Source of the DNA: Octopus vulgaris
Taxonomy: Eukaryota
Length of the DNA stretch: 64,000 nt
Direction: 5' to 3'
NCBI GenBank assembly: GCA_951406725.2
Contig: OX597817.1
Coordinates: forward strand, 151,962,001 to 152,026,000
The notes below the pieces were generated by a model. The model was not told the DNA's origin. It worked only from the letters and a program-made list of their open reading frames with translations, and searched no databases. Made by a program: the position numbers and the translations under genes. Of this stretch, positions 12,216 through 25,823 are shown in pieces. How positions within the stretch are numbered: position 1 is the stretch's first letter; every line of letters begins with the position of its first letter.

Positions 12216-12450
12216 AAGGCAGCGAGCTGGCAGAAACGTTAGCATGCCAGGCGAAATGCTTAACAGTATTTCATCTGCCGTTATGTTCTGAGTTCAAATT
12301 CCACCGAGGTCGACTTTGCCTTTCATCCTTTTGGGGTCGATAAATTAAGTACCAGTTACGCACTGGGGTCGATGTAATCAGCTTAGTCCCTCTGTCTGTC
12401 CTTGTTTGTCCCCTCTATGTTTAGCCCCTTGTGAGCAACAAAGAAATAAG
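12216..12450 (+). mobile_element. SINE family B
   Basis: Full copy. Confidence 0.88.
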
Positions 12451-12759
12451 AAACCATGCTAAAACAGACAATGGAACCTGGTGAAGCTTTTTGGCGGCCA
12501 TCTCCTATCAAACCATCCATCACATAATAGCATGGATGACAGGCATTAAATGATGATGATGATGATGATTATGATGAGGATGCTATATATGCGTATGTAT
12601 GTTTGGTTGAAATTTACAGGAATCAAAGGACGAAGACAGATGAAGGAACAACAAGTAGGTGTATTGTTTTAGCACTCAGGAAGAATGGAAAAGCCTTTGA
12701 TGTTTCAAGCCTATGCTTTTCAGCAATGTATACAGACATACATACATTCATACACACAC

Positions 12760-13243
12760 ATGTATGTATGTATGTGTGTGTATGTAGGTATGTGTGTGTA
12801 TGTATGTATGTATGTATGTATGTATGTATGTACGTATGTATGTATGTATGTATGTGTGTATGTATGTATGTGTGTGTATGTATGTATGTATGTATGTGTG
12901 TGTGCATGTATGTATTTATGTATGTATGTATGTACGTATGTATGTGTGTATATGTATGTATGTATGTATGTATGTGTGTGTATGTATGTATGTATGTATG
13001 TGTGTGTGCATGTATGTATTTATGTATGTATGTATGTATGTATGTGTGTGTATGTATGTATGTGTGTGTATGTATGTATGTATGTGTGTGTGTGCATGTA
13101 TGTATTTATGTATGTATTTATGTATGTATGTATGTATGTATGTACGTATGTATGTGTGTGTGTATGTATGTGTGTGTGTGTATGTATGTATGTATGTATG
13201 TATGTGTGTGTGTGTGCATGTATGTATTTATGTATGTATGTAT
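12760..13243. repeat. (GTAT/GT)n compound microsatellite
   Basis: Read directly. Confidence 0.95.
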
Positions 13244-14153
13244 GCCTTGATAGTTGGATACACATGCATTTCTATTTCTCCATATTTCCTTCTCCGTTCT
13301 TTTCTCTCCTTGGCTATTTTATCTTTCAGAAGAAAAGTGAATTCTTGAAATGCAGGAGACATTTTTTTCTTTTTTACCTTTTCCCTGAATGTCAGTCTAA
13401 TATCATCTGTTCTTTTTTTCTTTTACTTCATCTTTGTGTTGTATTTTTCTGTTGTTATGTGGACGCCCTCAGACGATGAAGTAGGCTGTCCAATACGTAG
13501 ATATAGAGGGAGATGGAGAAGTCTAGACGTCGAGTTGTTGAGTAGAGGTCATCCAAACATGCAACATAACAGTGGCAACGAGGATTTTGTAGCTCACACA
13601 GTCACTGTGTAGTATTGCAATATAACATCTGTACTATATACATGTGTGTGTGTGTGCATGTATGTATACCTTGAAAGTTGAAAGCCTTATAAAGGCTCCC
13701 TCTGTGTTAATCAGTTTGGAAAAATTAACATCTAACATTGTGATTAGACCACAGTTTGGTCAAATAGAGGTATTCCTGTCACCCAAAAGAACCTAATGAG
13801 GGTTGCTGAACCAATAGTAAATCAGTCCAGATACTGTTTGAGCTTGGTACCAATCATAATAATTCTCCCTTAGAGGTTATACTTGTAGCAATGAGCTCAG
13901 ATGTCTCTACAAATTTGCCTAATCAGTGCTGTGGCTAGAATATGTGATACCTAGAGTAGCCCTTAAGTTTGTCACTGCCTACACAGTTTTACAGCAAACC
14001 CAAAAGTACTGCCCCCAGAAAGTGTTACTCAGGGTAGACTGCCCTTATCACCTTCCACCTAGCTATGATAATTTCGTTATGTCTTTATTAATTAAATTTA
14101 ATTTTCTAATGCATAATAATTTTTTCTTTTGTTTTCTTCTTTTCTTTTGCAAG

Positions 14154-14385
14154 TCACCATTCAATCCAGTAACACATTTGATAATTTTCTACTGACTGGC
14201 CTCTACTCATTATCGGAGGATGTACGTAAAAAGATTCTTTATATGCCAGTAGCCCCTGGCTTACCTGTTCAAGGTGAAAGTTTCATGTGTTCCACAATTT
14301 ATTCACATTCCAATAATACCCCAGAATACCAGTTGCAGTTTCAGTGGATTGCACCTCCATCTGGAACAGGATGCGTCAATTTTCG
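14154..14385 (+). CDS. RELN: Reelin coding exon 2 (reeler domain)
   Basis: Long pyrimidine tract then aag acceptor. Encodes (I)TIQSSNTFDNFLLTGLY...FMCSTIYSHSNNTPEYQLQFQWIAPPSGTGCVNF(R), compared with Reelin VTISTSTFFDGLLVTGLY...FMCSVVASH...FIWIAPPAGTGCVNF. Donor gtatgt at 14386; phases 1/2. Confidence 0.95.
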
Positions 14386-15133
14386 GTATGTAGAGTTTTA
14401 CTTTAACATCATGTTCATCAATAAATCTATTCCTACTAAATTATAGAATTTGATAGTATATAAGACATGCTTTTTTTAACGAAAAGTCAGGCAAAAAAAA
14501 TAACTCTGGGTTCTATATGCAAAGTCATCGTAAATATTGCATGCTTTGATGCACTAAAATCTTTTCTTCCTGAATATGCAATGCTGAAGCTGGGATGCAT
14601 CAAATATGCCCATGCACATCTTTCATGCTATCAAATATGGTACAATGTTGAAGAAAGATAAAATTTTTCTCAAGTCCACATTTCTTCTGTAATAATTCAA
14701 TTCACATCTTGCATGTATTGTAGGAATCAATTCTAGTACTTGACAGTTTTCACTTTTACTTACATTACAAAAGCATTACACTCTTCCAAAACTTGCCATA
14801 ATGTGACATTCCATAAAACCAATCCTTTTTTCCCAATGCTAAATGAAAATCAATGAATATGGAAGGCAACCAAAAACTATTTTTCACATTATGGAACTCC
14901 ATGTTAATGCGACATTTTCATGAATGCAATGCTTCTGTAATACAGTGGGTACCTGACCCCTACTTTATCATCCTTGAAGGATAAAAACTAAACATGATCC
15001 TTGCAGACTTTGAACTCAGAATGTAAATTGCCTGTACCTAAATACCACAGGCATTTTGTCTGAAGTTCCAATAATTCTGATAATTTATCCACCTTAATCC
15101 TGATCATATATTAGGAATAACATATAGTGAAGT

Positions 15134-15443
15134 TTGCTGTTGTTTGTTCCTTCTCGAGCCATGCCCGGCTCATTAGGGCCAGTTTCCTGGTTTCCTTGGT
15201 ATATAAGTTCCCCACCTGGATGGGACGCCGGTCCATTGCAGGTGAGCTGCAAGATGCAGGAGGAAAGAGTGAGAGAAAGTTGTGGCGAAAGAGTCAGCAG
15301 AAGTTCGCCATTACCTTCTGCTGGAGCTGCGTGGAGCTTAGGTGTTTCGTTCATAAACACACACATCGCCCAGTCTGAGATTCGAACCCACGATCTCTCG
15401 ACTGCCAGTCCGCTGCTCTAACCCCTAGGCCATGTGCCTCCAC
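15134..15443 (-). mobile_element. SINE family C variant with an alternative tail, TSD catatagtgaagt
   Basis: tRNA-like head at 15443-15370; duplication at 15121-15133 and about 15443-15455. Confidence 0.8.
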
Positions 15444-16244
15444 ATATAGTGAAGTGATATGTCAGGACTGTTTTGTTGAGTACAACAGTAATTTTACTTC
15501 TACAAACAACATTGTGTCAAAGCACAAAGAACATGACAGGAAGATTTGCGTTAGCAACAGTAAACCAAAAAGAGATTTCAAGGAATGTCAGTAATTTTAA
15601 TTGCTCTGACTGAACATGTTGGCATTATATGTGGTTTGTCAATCTGCTAGTAATAGTTGCTAAATCTTCCTCAAATCACACCTTACCATCTTAAACAGGA
15701 AGGAGGAATATTAGATATACTGTGTCTGAGAAAAGAAAGAAGACAGGATTGTCATAGCTGGAATTCCTTTGAGCAGAGGTTTCCTGAATCAAGGATAACT
15801 GTGGTATTAAACAATAGATTACTCTTTTACTTGTTTCAGTTATTTGACGGTGGCCATGCTGGAGCACCACCTTTAGTCAGGCAAATCGACCCCAGGACTC
15901 ATTCTTTGTAAGCCTAGTACTTATTCTATCAGTCTCTTTTGCCGAACCACTAAGTTACGGGGATGTAAACACACCAGCATCGGTTGTCAAGCGATGTTGG
16001 AGGGACAAATACAGACACACAAACACACACACACACACAAACATATGCACACACATATATATATATGGGCTTCTTTCAGTTTCCATCAATCAAATCCACT
16101 CACAAGGCTATAGCAGGAGACACTTGCCCAAGGTATATAAGACTATATAGTGCCACATACTTATAAGGATGGGATGGGATGGTTGTGGCTGGTACCCCCT
16201 TTGATAGTAGGTCACCCAATCAACTATAGAAGTACTAAAACCAA

Positions 16245-16565
16245 GCCACTACTGCAACTACTACTACGACTACTACTACCACCACCACCAACACCAACAC
16301 CACCGTCACCATCACCATCACCACTACTATATCCACCACTACTACCACCACCACCATCACTACCACCATCACCATCACCACCATCACCACCATCATCACC
16401 ACCACCATCATCACCACCACCACCACCACCATCATCACCACCACCACCACCACCACCATCACAAACATCACCACCATCACCACCACCACCACCACTACTA
16501 CTTCTACTACCACCACCACCACCAAACTACTACAACTACTACTACTACTACTACTACGACTACTA
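16245..16565. repeat. (ACC/ATC/ACT)n trinucleotide array
   Basis: Read directly; source of the poly-Pro ORF. Confidence 0.95.
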
Positions 16566-17205
16566 CTTGTGGAAGATAAGCCAAAATAAGAATGTGAAAG
16601 AATAAACTTAGCTAATTTAAGGAGGCTGACTGAATATTCCATTTTCAGCTGAAATTTATGATTAATGATGGTCCCTTTTTATGTTAATTCTTCTTCTATT
16701 TGTAAAATGTTCTGTTTGAAAATTCCTTCAAATTTCTCTTTCATTCTAAGTTTTCAAAGTTGGCTTCCATTAGTAATCTCTCGGGAACTACACTCTACAT
16801 ACTCACATAACTGTTTCTTTGTACAATCAGATAAAATACAATAAGTTTTTCCACATCAGCAACATTCATTTAGTCAGTTCTGGTTTATGTAATCCATTAA
16901 ATATATGATTGATATCTCCGACAATGACAGCTGTTTGAATAGAAACGTACTGACTGACCTGAGATCATTCCTGTTTCTAGTTTCAATAGCTGTTTCATTG
17001 TCTGCTATAACAATAGCCATCTTGGAGATAAGAATAGCAAGACTTCTTATATATTGTGTTATAGTACATGTAATAGCATACAATTGACAAATGTAACACC
17101 TTATGTTGCTGTATTCTTTAAATAAAAAATTCTGTTCCATGCAATATGTATTATGCTATGCAACAGCCTCTGTGTGGTTGCTAGAAATAGAAGTCAAATT
17201 TCCCT

Positions 17206-17516
17206 CCGGTGGCACGTAAAAGAACCATCTGAACGTGGCCGTTGCCAGCACCGCCCCAACTGGCCTCCATGCCAGTGGCACGTAAAAAGCACCAACCGAT
17301 CGTGACTATTGCCAGCCTCACCTGGCACCTGTGCTGGTGGCATGTAAGAAGCACCCACTACACACATGGAATGGTTGGCATTAGGAAGGACATCCAGCTG
17401 TAGAAACACTGCCAGATCAGACTGGGCCTGGTACAGCCTCCTGGCTTCACAGACTCCAGTCGAACCGTCCAACCCATGCTAGCATGGAAAGCGGACGTTA
17501 AACAATGATGATGATG
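17206..17516 (+). mobile_element. Family D retroposon (5' ~63-bp VNTR, conserved body, (GAT)n tail)
   Basis: Repeated gtggcacgtaaaaagcacc units, then ...gttggcattaggaaggacatccagctgtagaaac...ggaaagcggacgttaaacaatgatgatg. Confidence 0.82.
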
Positions 17517-18305
17517 CACCTTATTTTTAAAATAAGGATACAGAATCTGCAAAATAGCCAGCAAATAATAATGCTTGAGTTATTTTTACATTTTTAATGA
17601 ACTGACTGAATGTAAACAGTAAATCTTCATTCCCTAATAAAATTGTTTTATACAGTTTTAATTAAATTTGATTAGACCTGGAAGAAAATTACGTAATGTG
17701 TCTTTCTCAACTGAATCCATTTTGACAATTCATTATAAGATTATATATCACTTAAAGGAATTTTATTGATTATCCCAAATGTTTGTGCATCATGGTTTGT
17801 AGAACCCCAATAACAGATGGTAGGATCAGTCTTACATCAATAGTCTGTGGCTTTCCAAATTTGGTGATCAGTATCGAAATTTTTATGAGGGTGTAGAATC
17901 CCTCGTTTTCTTGTTTATTCACAGTGAAAACATACTTGACAATATTGGTTGATTGCATAAGTGGTTTTGAAGTGCTCTAAAGTAAGAAGAATCTTTATTT
18001 GTCTTGGCAGTATGATTTTTTAAGCACTCTTCTGGTCTTGAAGATTTCACAGATTCATTGGAAAACTCACTTTGACAAATCAGCACATTGGTAAAAGTTT
18101 GTTTGTTGGTGACAGAATAAAACCATCCTTTACTTATTTGATACAGTACCACCAACATTTCTCTTCTTTGGTTCTGCAAGGGTTATACCAATAAAAAATA
18201 TATAATACTATAGCTGTATGTATCATTATTTTTTTTCATATTATTCTTTAAATATGACCACCCTATCACTGCACTTATTTCAGGTAACAGTTTTATGAAT
18301 AACTA

Positions 18306-18817
18306 CCATAAATCTTTGAGTATAGTCTACCCTTGAGTATAATACACCGGGGATTTTTAAGGGGCTGTACCTCTGAAAAACCTAAACCTTGTGTATAATA
18401 CGCACTCCTTCTCTAACTTGAGTCGTGCATAATTAAGCCAGCAGCACCTAGTCGAACAAACACTTCCGCACATGCGTAATACAATATTGGTGATGTTCTT
18501 AACTGTCATATGGGAATGTAAATATGTTTGCAAATTGTTTTTGTTACATGTTATTCTGTGTTCTGAATACTTTTATTTTAATAAATGTTGCTTACTGCAA
18601 GTTATGGATGATTATTTTATGACTTCATTGCTTTCAGGCTTAGCTTAAGGTATTTTCACACCCAACATCACAAAATGTGTCTGAATAAACATTGCCGGAC
18701 AACAAATAGACACTCGGACATTGCTTAGAAAATATTTTTCATTTTTAACCTCATATCTAGGGATTTTGACCTTTAGATTTTGGGGAAAAAATGCAGATTA
18801 TACTCGAGGATTTACAG
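18306..18817. mobile_element. Tc1/mariner-superfamily MITE, TA TSD
   Basis: TA|ccataaatctttgagtata...tatactcgaggatttacag|TA imperfect TIRs. Confidence 0.7.
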
Positions 18818-20269
18818 TACTAATTTGTATTCTTTTGCCCCTTCCCCTCATTCTTTATCTGCCAATGTCCCCTTATTACTGCCTTGTCTTCAAGTATCTT
18901 TCTTGGGTCTAGCAGCTCCTTTGCTCTACTTTGGGAATCCCTACACTCTAGATATTACCTTTCATGAGAATCTCCTTGCAAAGTGGCATCTCATCCATAA
19001 ATTCTGTCAACCACTCATCTCTCAAACAGGATGCCTTTTTTCCAGACTATTTCATAACAAAGTGCATCATCAGGGCATTCTCTCTCCCACATTTTATTAA
19101 TTCTCACATAACTCAAAGTTCAATCATGTCATAGTACAATGTCTCCACTCCAGTTTCCCCACATCACACTCAAATACTTTATTCTCTGAACAGCAACATC
19201 TCTAGAACTTCCCTACTGGAATAAGCCAATAAAAATGTAAGTCCTCTCATCAACTTCACCTGCCTGGCAGGACTAACTGGAGTATTAGCCACTGTTCACT
19301 GAGGAGTGAAGCTAAGATGTATTTTTATGAAGTATTTCCTTTATGCATACACTTGCAAGATATTTGTTTCTATTAGCAATATAATTCTCATTTCTGTAAG
19401 TTGAATTTAAATGGTTTCAAAGTTCACTTCAGTTATTAGAGTTCTCTCAGCAAAGTTTTCTTTTTCTTTTATTCATTTATTTATTTATTTTGGTTTTTGT
19501 TGTTTTCAGCAATCAAAAACATAATTAAATAAATAAAATAAAGAAGAAAGCATTAAAAAATTCTCGCTATTTCTGGTTGCTTCAATTACTTTCTGGTTTT
19601 GATTGTTCTATATCACTAGCTTTGTATATAAGCAATAATTTTGTTAAGTGTTTCCCTTTTTACTAAACATTAATAACTACACATCAGTTATTTTGTTGTT
19701 GCAAGTACAAGGAGCTTGTCTTCAGAAAACATATATTTCATATATTCTGTACATTTACCTTTATATGTAATAACCTAATTCTATTTATAGGTGTTTGTTC
19801 GTTTTGGTCAATATTGTATTTTATTATATATTAGCGGTGATGATTTGGAAGAATCATTAGAGGGCTGAGAAAATGCTTAGCAGTATTTGTTCCAGGTCCC
19901 TTTCTTCTGAGTTCAAATCCTGTGGAGGCCAACCTTACCTTTTATCCTTTTAGGTACTTGATAAAATAAAGAATTATCAAGCATGGGGGGTGATATATTC
20001 AACAAACTCTTTCTCCTAAAGATTTGAGCTTTGTGCCTATGTTAAACACATGCACACACAAACACACACACATGCATGCATATACCATGTGCATGTGTGT
20101 AGGCATGGTTATATAGTTTAGGAAATTCATTTAGCATCTCTGTGGTTCCTGTTCAATTTCAACAGCCCCATTCTGGATAAATTTTTTCTGCTATAGCATG
20201 AAGTTGACCAATACTCTGCAAATGGAAATTGGTTGAGAGAAAACTGTTTTCTGGAACATGCTTGTGTTT

Positions 20270-21460
20270 ATTCAAATGGGAATTGGCCAATGTCTTTTGA
20301 GAAGTTACTATACAAATTCCAAGTGGGATGCTTAGAGATCCTCCGTAGCAGTTTTTCACTCAACACCTAAACCAATACAATTTCTTGGCTTTTCATTTCT
20401 CTTCTGCAGAACAATACAACCATTTGGGATTCCTATGTTGTCAATAATTAGTGCTTTATTGTCCTTTCCTCTCAGAAAATTCTAGTCATAGGATAGAATC
20501 AGGAGCATAGCAAAGTAGGGAGATGAGGGAGTGATCCACTCTGGGAGATGTTTTCATGAGGACAGCACTTTTGGATCTGCCTCTGTAAGCTTTGAGGGAG
20601 AGGGGCTGTATAAGTCTCAATAGGCTTATGAGGGTCCGAATGGGTGGATGCAAACTCAAGGGCTGCCCTAGAGGTACACACTCTACCTGTGCCACTGGTT
20701 AAAGTTCCATAGTATTTTGGTATTGCCATTTTCTGAGACAGATGAGGATTCATAAGGCGGCGAGCTGGCCAAAACATTAGCATGTCGGGCGAAATGCTTA
20801 GCAGTATTTCGTCTGTCGCTACGTTCTGAGTTCAAATTCCGCTAAGGTCGACTTTGCCTTTCATCCTTTCGGGGTCGATTAAATAAGTACTAGTTATGCA
20901 CTGGGGTCGATATAATCGACTTAATCCATTTGTCTGTCCTTGTTTGCCTTGCTTGTCCCTGCTGTATGTAGCCCCTTGTAGGCAGTAAAGAAATAAGAGT
21001 ACCTCATAACCTTTTTCTAGATGGGATAGAAAATTTATCTTTATGTTTACATAAGGCAGCTTCGTTATGCTAGTGTCTTTTAGTATATTTTTTTGTAGGG
21101 GAGCTAGAATGGGACAACTTGTTACCACGTAATCCATTGTTTCAAAAAATACACCACACAAGAGGCCACATTTGTCATCTATAGAGCAAGTAGTGTAACT
21201 ATTTCTGTCCATATACCTAATTGGTGATAACTTGCACATGTATCAATGAAAGCTGTTGATTCAGATACTCCATTCAGATGAATTTGCTCATCCAGACCAG
21301 ACATACTATTTTGTTGATATATCTGGTATCCTGTTTGTGGATGTATTGGTCATCATTATTGATCAATATCTGTTTTCACTGCTGCTTTATGTTCACACTT
21401 CAACTGTTTTAAGATTAATCCAATTTCTTGCATTTCAATGCTGCAGATATATTAGATCGG
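20270..21460 (-). mobile_element. Degenerate R4-clade (restriction-like endonuclease) LINE remnant, interrupted by SINE B at 20755-20997
   Basis: Fragments KCGLLCG..ETMDYVVTSCPILA (zinc knuckle), SENGNTKILWNF and KALIIDNIGIPN (RLE motifs). Confidence 0.65.
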
Positions 21461-21877
21461 TAGCGGACAGCATTGTGGAGGCACGTGGTTTAGTGGTTAG
21501 GGTGTCAGCATCATGATCATAAGATTGTGGTTTCGATTCCTGAACCGGGCGACGCGTTGTGTTCTTGAGCAAAACACTTCATTTCATGTTGCTCCAGTCC
21601 ACTCAGCTGGCAAAAATGAGTAATGCTGCAATGGACTGGCATCCCATCCAGCTGGGGAACACATATGGCATTGAAACCGGGAAACCAGGCCCATGAGCCT
21701 GGCTAGGCTTTAAAAAGGCAAAAGAGAGTGGACAGCATTAACTGCCTTCTTGTCTGTTAGTGTTCAAAAGTCCACTACCACCTTTAAGGCCACCTCAACT
21801 GCAATATAGACCGCCCCACCACTCCCAGTGGGCAAAATAATGTCCATGGAGACCTCTACAAACACAGTTACAGCATA

Positions 21878-22055
21878 CGAGCAGGTGCTGAAAAATTCCT
21901 GACTTTAATGATATCACGAAAGGCCAAAACCTTTTATGAAACTGAAGGACTTCTACAATAAGTGTGTGAATTTGAATATGCTGATTAAAATCATAATTAA
22001 CTGATTCTTCTATATTTTCTATTACCCAAAGTCAAGTACTTTTCAGCACCCCTTC
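21878..22055. mobile_element. Short mariner MITE
   Basis: cgagcaggtgctgaaaaattcctgacttt...aaagtcaagtacttttcagcaccccttca imperfect TIRs with TA flanks. Confidence 0.7.
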
Positions 22056-22634
22056 ATACATAAGTTTGCACTGGATCCTGAGGCCTATGGGACTTCTGGG
22101 CAAATGTCCAGTGCCTTAAGATGGCATTAACCTCCTTTTCTTCTAGGAATGTACAGTAGTTGACTGATAGACTTATTGTGTAGTGTGTGGCACATTTTTA
22201 ACAGATATCTCATACTGCGTTCCATGAAATCTTTGTTATATTTCAGTGCAACACAACAGATCATACTCTAACTGACATTATAAATGTTTTAATATGACAG
22301 TGTTAATTACTAAAGAAGTTAGTAATTAGCACTCTCAATGATTTTGTCAGATCATTCATATTTCTCATTTACCCACCTTTCACACACATACACATCATTT
22401 TGTGCTTGCATTATTTGTCATTTAAATATTTTGTTGACTTTGTACTTTGCTATATTTTTGTAAATATGTACAATATCGAATACAAGCATTATGTAAAGGA
22501 ACTGTTTACTATTACTGCTGTTATCTCTATCCAGTACATTTAAAATCTGTTATGTTATTATTTGTTGCTATCAACTTTTATCTTCTTAAAAAAATCTGAT
22601 GATCTGATGATGTACTTTGTAGTTATGATTATTA

Positions 22635-23201
22635 TTGGGTTGTCTGGAAAGTTTGTGCTGATTTATAGTAGCTTATCTTCCGACTTATTTTAGAACATGG
22701 TTGAGTCCTTAAAATAGGATTTGACTACACCTCCATTTAGGGCACAATTTAAGCTATCTTTTCATGGAAGAAAGTTTATGTTCCTATAACCTGTGTTAAT
22801 TCTGTAATTCTTTAAAATGAAAGATAAGAAAGTTAATTTTCGGCACTTGATGCTTTGGGAACCAAACAAAAATTGCTGCAGCTCGGCTGGGATGTGTTGC
22901 CCCACACTCCATATTCACCAGATATTGTTCCTTTGGATATCCACTTATTCAGGTCTCTGCAAAATAGTTTTAATGGTAAAAATTTCAATTCCTTGGATGA
23001 TGTAAAAAAGATACCTTGATGAATTCTTTGCCATGAAACCACCTCAATTTTGGGAAAAGGGTATTTTAAAGTTAAAGGAAAGATGGAGACACATTGTGCA
23101 ACAAAATGGTTCATATTTGGTTGATTAAAACTGTAATGGCAAGTATTTATTGACCTTTTTCTTTCCTTTAAAAATTGGCACAAACTTCCCGGACAACCCA
23201 A
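22635..23201 (+). mobile_element. Internally deleted mariner transposon
   Basis: TA|ttgggttgtctggaaagtttgtgc...gcacaaacttcccggacaacccaa|TA. Remnants MKDKKVNFRHLMLWE and GWDVLPHTPYSPDIVPLDIHLFRSLQN (YSPDL-type motif). Confidence 0.92.
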
Positions 23202-23893
23202 TATTATTTTTGTTAAATATCTGTTGACAGGAGAAATGTCCAATCCCAGAATTCCCTCCCCTACCTGGAGCAAAATCATTTGCTCAGCTGATCAATCTGT
23301 CACATTATTTTGTCACTTGTACATCTTTAGTGCAAAGAACATTTCAATATCCTTACAATATTGCTTCATAATAATAAAGGAACTCCCAAACTGGAGACTA
23401 TTTGCAGCTTTCAGTTCTATGTCATCCATGAAGAAATGGTGGATAAGTCTAGTGTTGGTATTGTTCCTATGGCTGATAAATATTTGGCATGTGTGTATGT
23501 GTGTGGCAGGGAGGGGCTCTGATCTATTTTTATTCAGTGCAAAATGTATCTGATTTCTAGTAGAGATTCATTGAACACCTGCAAAATGTCAGCAATTTAT
23601 AACAGTCTTGAAATAGCATCAGACAATGTTTAAATTCATTTCCTTTATACATCGAGTTTTTAGCATCTCGGTTGCTAGGTAATGTTCTCAGAGAGTTCTA
23701 TGTCTGACGTATCTTGAGGAGACAAATGACTGCTTGCTGCTATCTACATTACTGTTTTTGAATGTGTGTGTTCTAATAAAGAAATGAATCCAAATCCATT
23801 AATACATTAAATATTAATCTGGATGATCATTTTGTATTTTAAAGTCAGAAGGATATTAAGCAAGAATTTCTAGATTTTTGACATGTGAGGATA

Positions 23894-24114
23894 CATTTCT
23901 TTACTGCCCGCAAGGGGCTTAACATAGAGGGGACAGACAAAGGGATTAAGTTGATTACATTGACCCCAGTGCGAAACTGGTACTTTATTTATCGACCCTG
24001 AAAGAATGAAAGGCAAAGTCGACCTTGGCGGAATTTGAACTCAGAACGTAATGACAGACAAAATACAGCTATGCATTTCACCTGGCATGCTAACGTTTCT
24101 GCCAGCTCGCCACC
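23894..24114 (-). mobile_element. SINE family B with ~18-bp TSD
   Basis: ttttgacatgtgaggata on both sides (23876-23893 and 24115-24132). Confidence 0.88.
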
Positions 24115-24493
24115 TTTTGACATGTGAGGATAATCTAAAGTTGTAATGGGGTACACAGTTGTATTTATGTTAGCATCTGTTCTTGTTATTTTATAGTTCT
24201 ATGTAGTTAGTCATTATCTGTTTAACATATCTTTACTGTCATTGTTCATTATGACCCTTTATCCAATATAGATTTTTGTTTTTGTTTTTTATGCTTTTTT
24301 CTGGGGGGTTTTTTATTGTACATTTCCTCTTTGTACTGTCTGCCAAAATCTAGGTTCATGTATGTGATAAAAGAATATCTAGTCAAAGTCAACTTTACCC
24401 TTCATCCTTTTGAGGTCGATAAATTAAGTACCAGTTGAGCACTGGGGTCAATGTACCAAAACTGAAATCATCATTATTATTATTATTATTATG

Positions 24494-24534
<41 letters not shown>

Positions 24535-24687
24535 CATTATTATTATTATTATCATCATCATCATCATTATTATCATTGCCTTTGCACCAATTATTATAAG
24601 CTCGACCTTTACTGTTCACATGCTCCAAATTCTTCCTATTTGAAATTTTAGGCAATTGTATTTATTATTATTATTATTATTATTATT

Positions 24688-25027
24688 CTATGTTTGACTT
24701 TTGCTTTATGTCTGTATAAGTTGGCTCCAAGTCTCACCCAGAGACCTCAAGAGACAACAGGTTGGAAGTTCTGTGCCATATATTTGGGATTTTTTTTTTT
24801 TTTTGGTGTTGTACTAGTGAATGTCTAATACATAAAAATAATAAATAAATAAATAAAAAATAAAAAAAAATAAAAATAAAAATAAATAAATAAATAAAAA
24901 AAAAAGTTTGTTTTAAACCTTGGGATTACATAGAGAGTATTTTGCGTAGGATATGAGCAGTTCCCATGAGCACTATCTTTTGAATTTCTGCCATTTTGGG
25001 GTTTCCTGGTATCTGAGTTAGGTAGCA

Positions 25028-25028
<1 letters not shown>
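24688..25028 (-). mobile_element. 3' end of an R4/Dong-like LINE inside a (TAA)n tract
   Basis: IPGNPKMAEIQKIVLMGTAHILRKIL is a typical R4-clade ORF end. Flanked by (TTA)n on both sides. Confidence 0.8.
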
Positions 25029-25072
<44 letters not shown>

Positions 25073-25138
25073 ATTATTATTATTATATGATAGACAGATT
25101 TTCATTACATCAGTAAATCATCAATTTAATTTTTTCAG

Positions 25139-25209
25139 TGCCACAGCAGCCCTCAGCAATATTTTGCTATTCAAAGATACCACAGTTCTTCAGCTCTGTG
25201 AAAAAGGAG
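25139..25209 (+). CDS. RELN: Reelin coding exon 3 (end of reeler domain)
   Basis: Acceptor tttttcag. Encodes ATAALSNILLFKDTTVLQLCEKG vs Reelin [23 protein letters not shown]. Donor gtaaga; 71 nt, phases 2/1. Confidence 0.93.
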
Positions 25210-25459
25210 GTAAGACATTCTTGAGTATTATTTCTATATTATTAACTACTTTGCTTCTCTTTTCAAATTCAAATCCTAACAGTATTTAGGCTGTATCTCA
25301 ATGATAATACAGATTGGATACAAAATTGATTGTTGGAATGTGAAATATTATTAAAACAGCTTATTTCTGGATTGTCTCTTTTTTCCCTAGTTGGTCATTT
25401 AAATTATAAAATAGGGAATTTCCAGCTATTCGTGCTATTTTTTATATTTTTTTTTTTAT

Positions 25460-25823
25460 ATTTTACTTGTTTCAGTCATTTGACTGTGGCCATGCGGGAG
25501 CACTGCCTTTAGTCAAGCAAATCGACCCCGGGACTTATTCTTTGTAAGCCCAGTACTTATTGTATTGGTCTCTTTTGCCGAACCGCTAAGTGACGGTTGT
25601 CAAGCTAGGGGGACAAACACAGACACACAAACACATACATATATATATATACATATATACGATGGGCTTCTTTCAGTTTCCGTCTACCAAATCCACTCAC
25701 AAGGCATTGGTCGGCCCGGGGCTATAGCAGAAGACACTTGCCCAAGATGCCACGCAGTGGGACTGAACCCAGAACCATGTGGTTGGTTAGCAAGCTACTT
25801 ACCACACAGCCACTCCTGCGCCT
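25460..25823 (-). mobile_element. SINE family A
   Basis: Near-full copy. Confidence 0.88.

Noticed and set aside
12603-13479. 184-264 aa ORFs rich in YVCM
   Set aside because: Stop-free (GTAT)n microsatellite.
16150-16642. Extensin-like proline-rich ORF
   Set aside because: (ACC/ATC)n repeat artefact.
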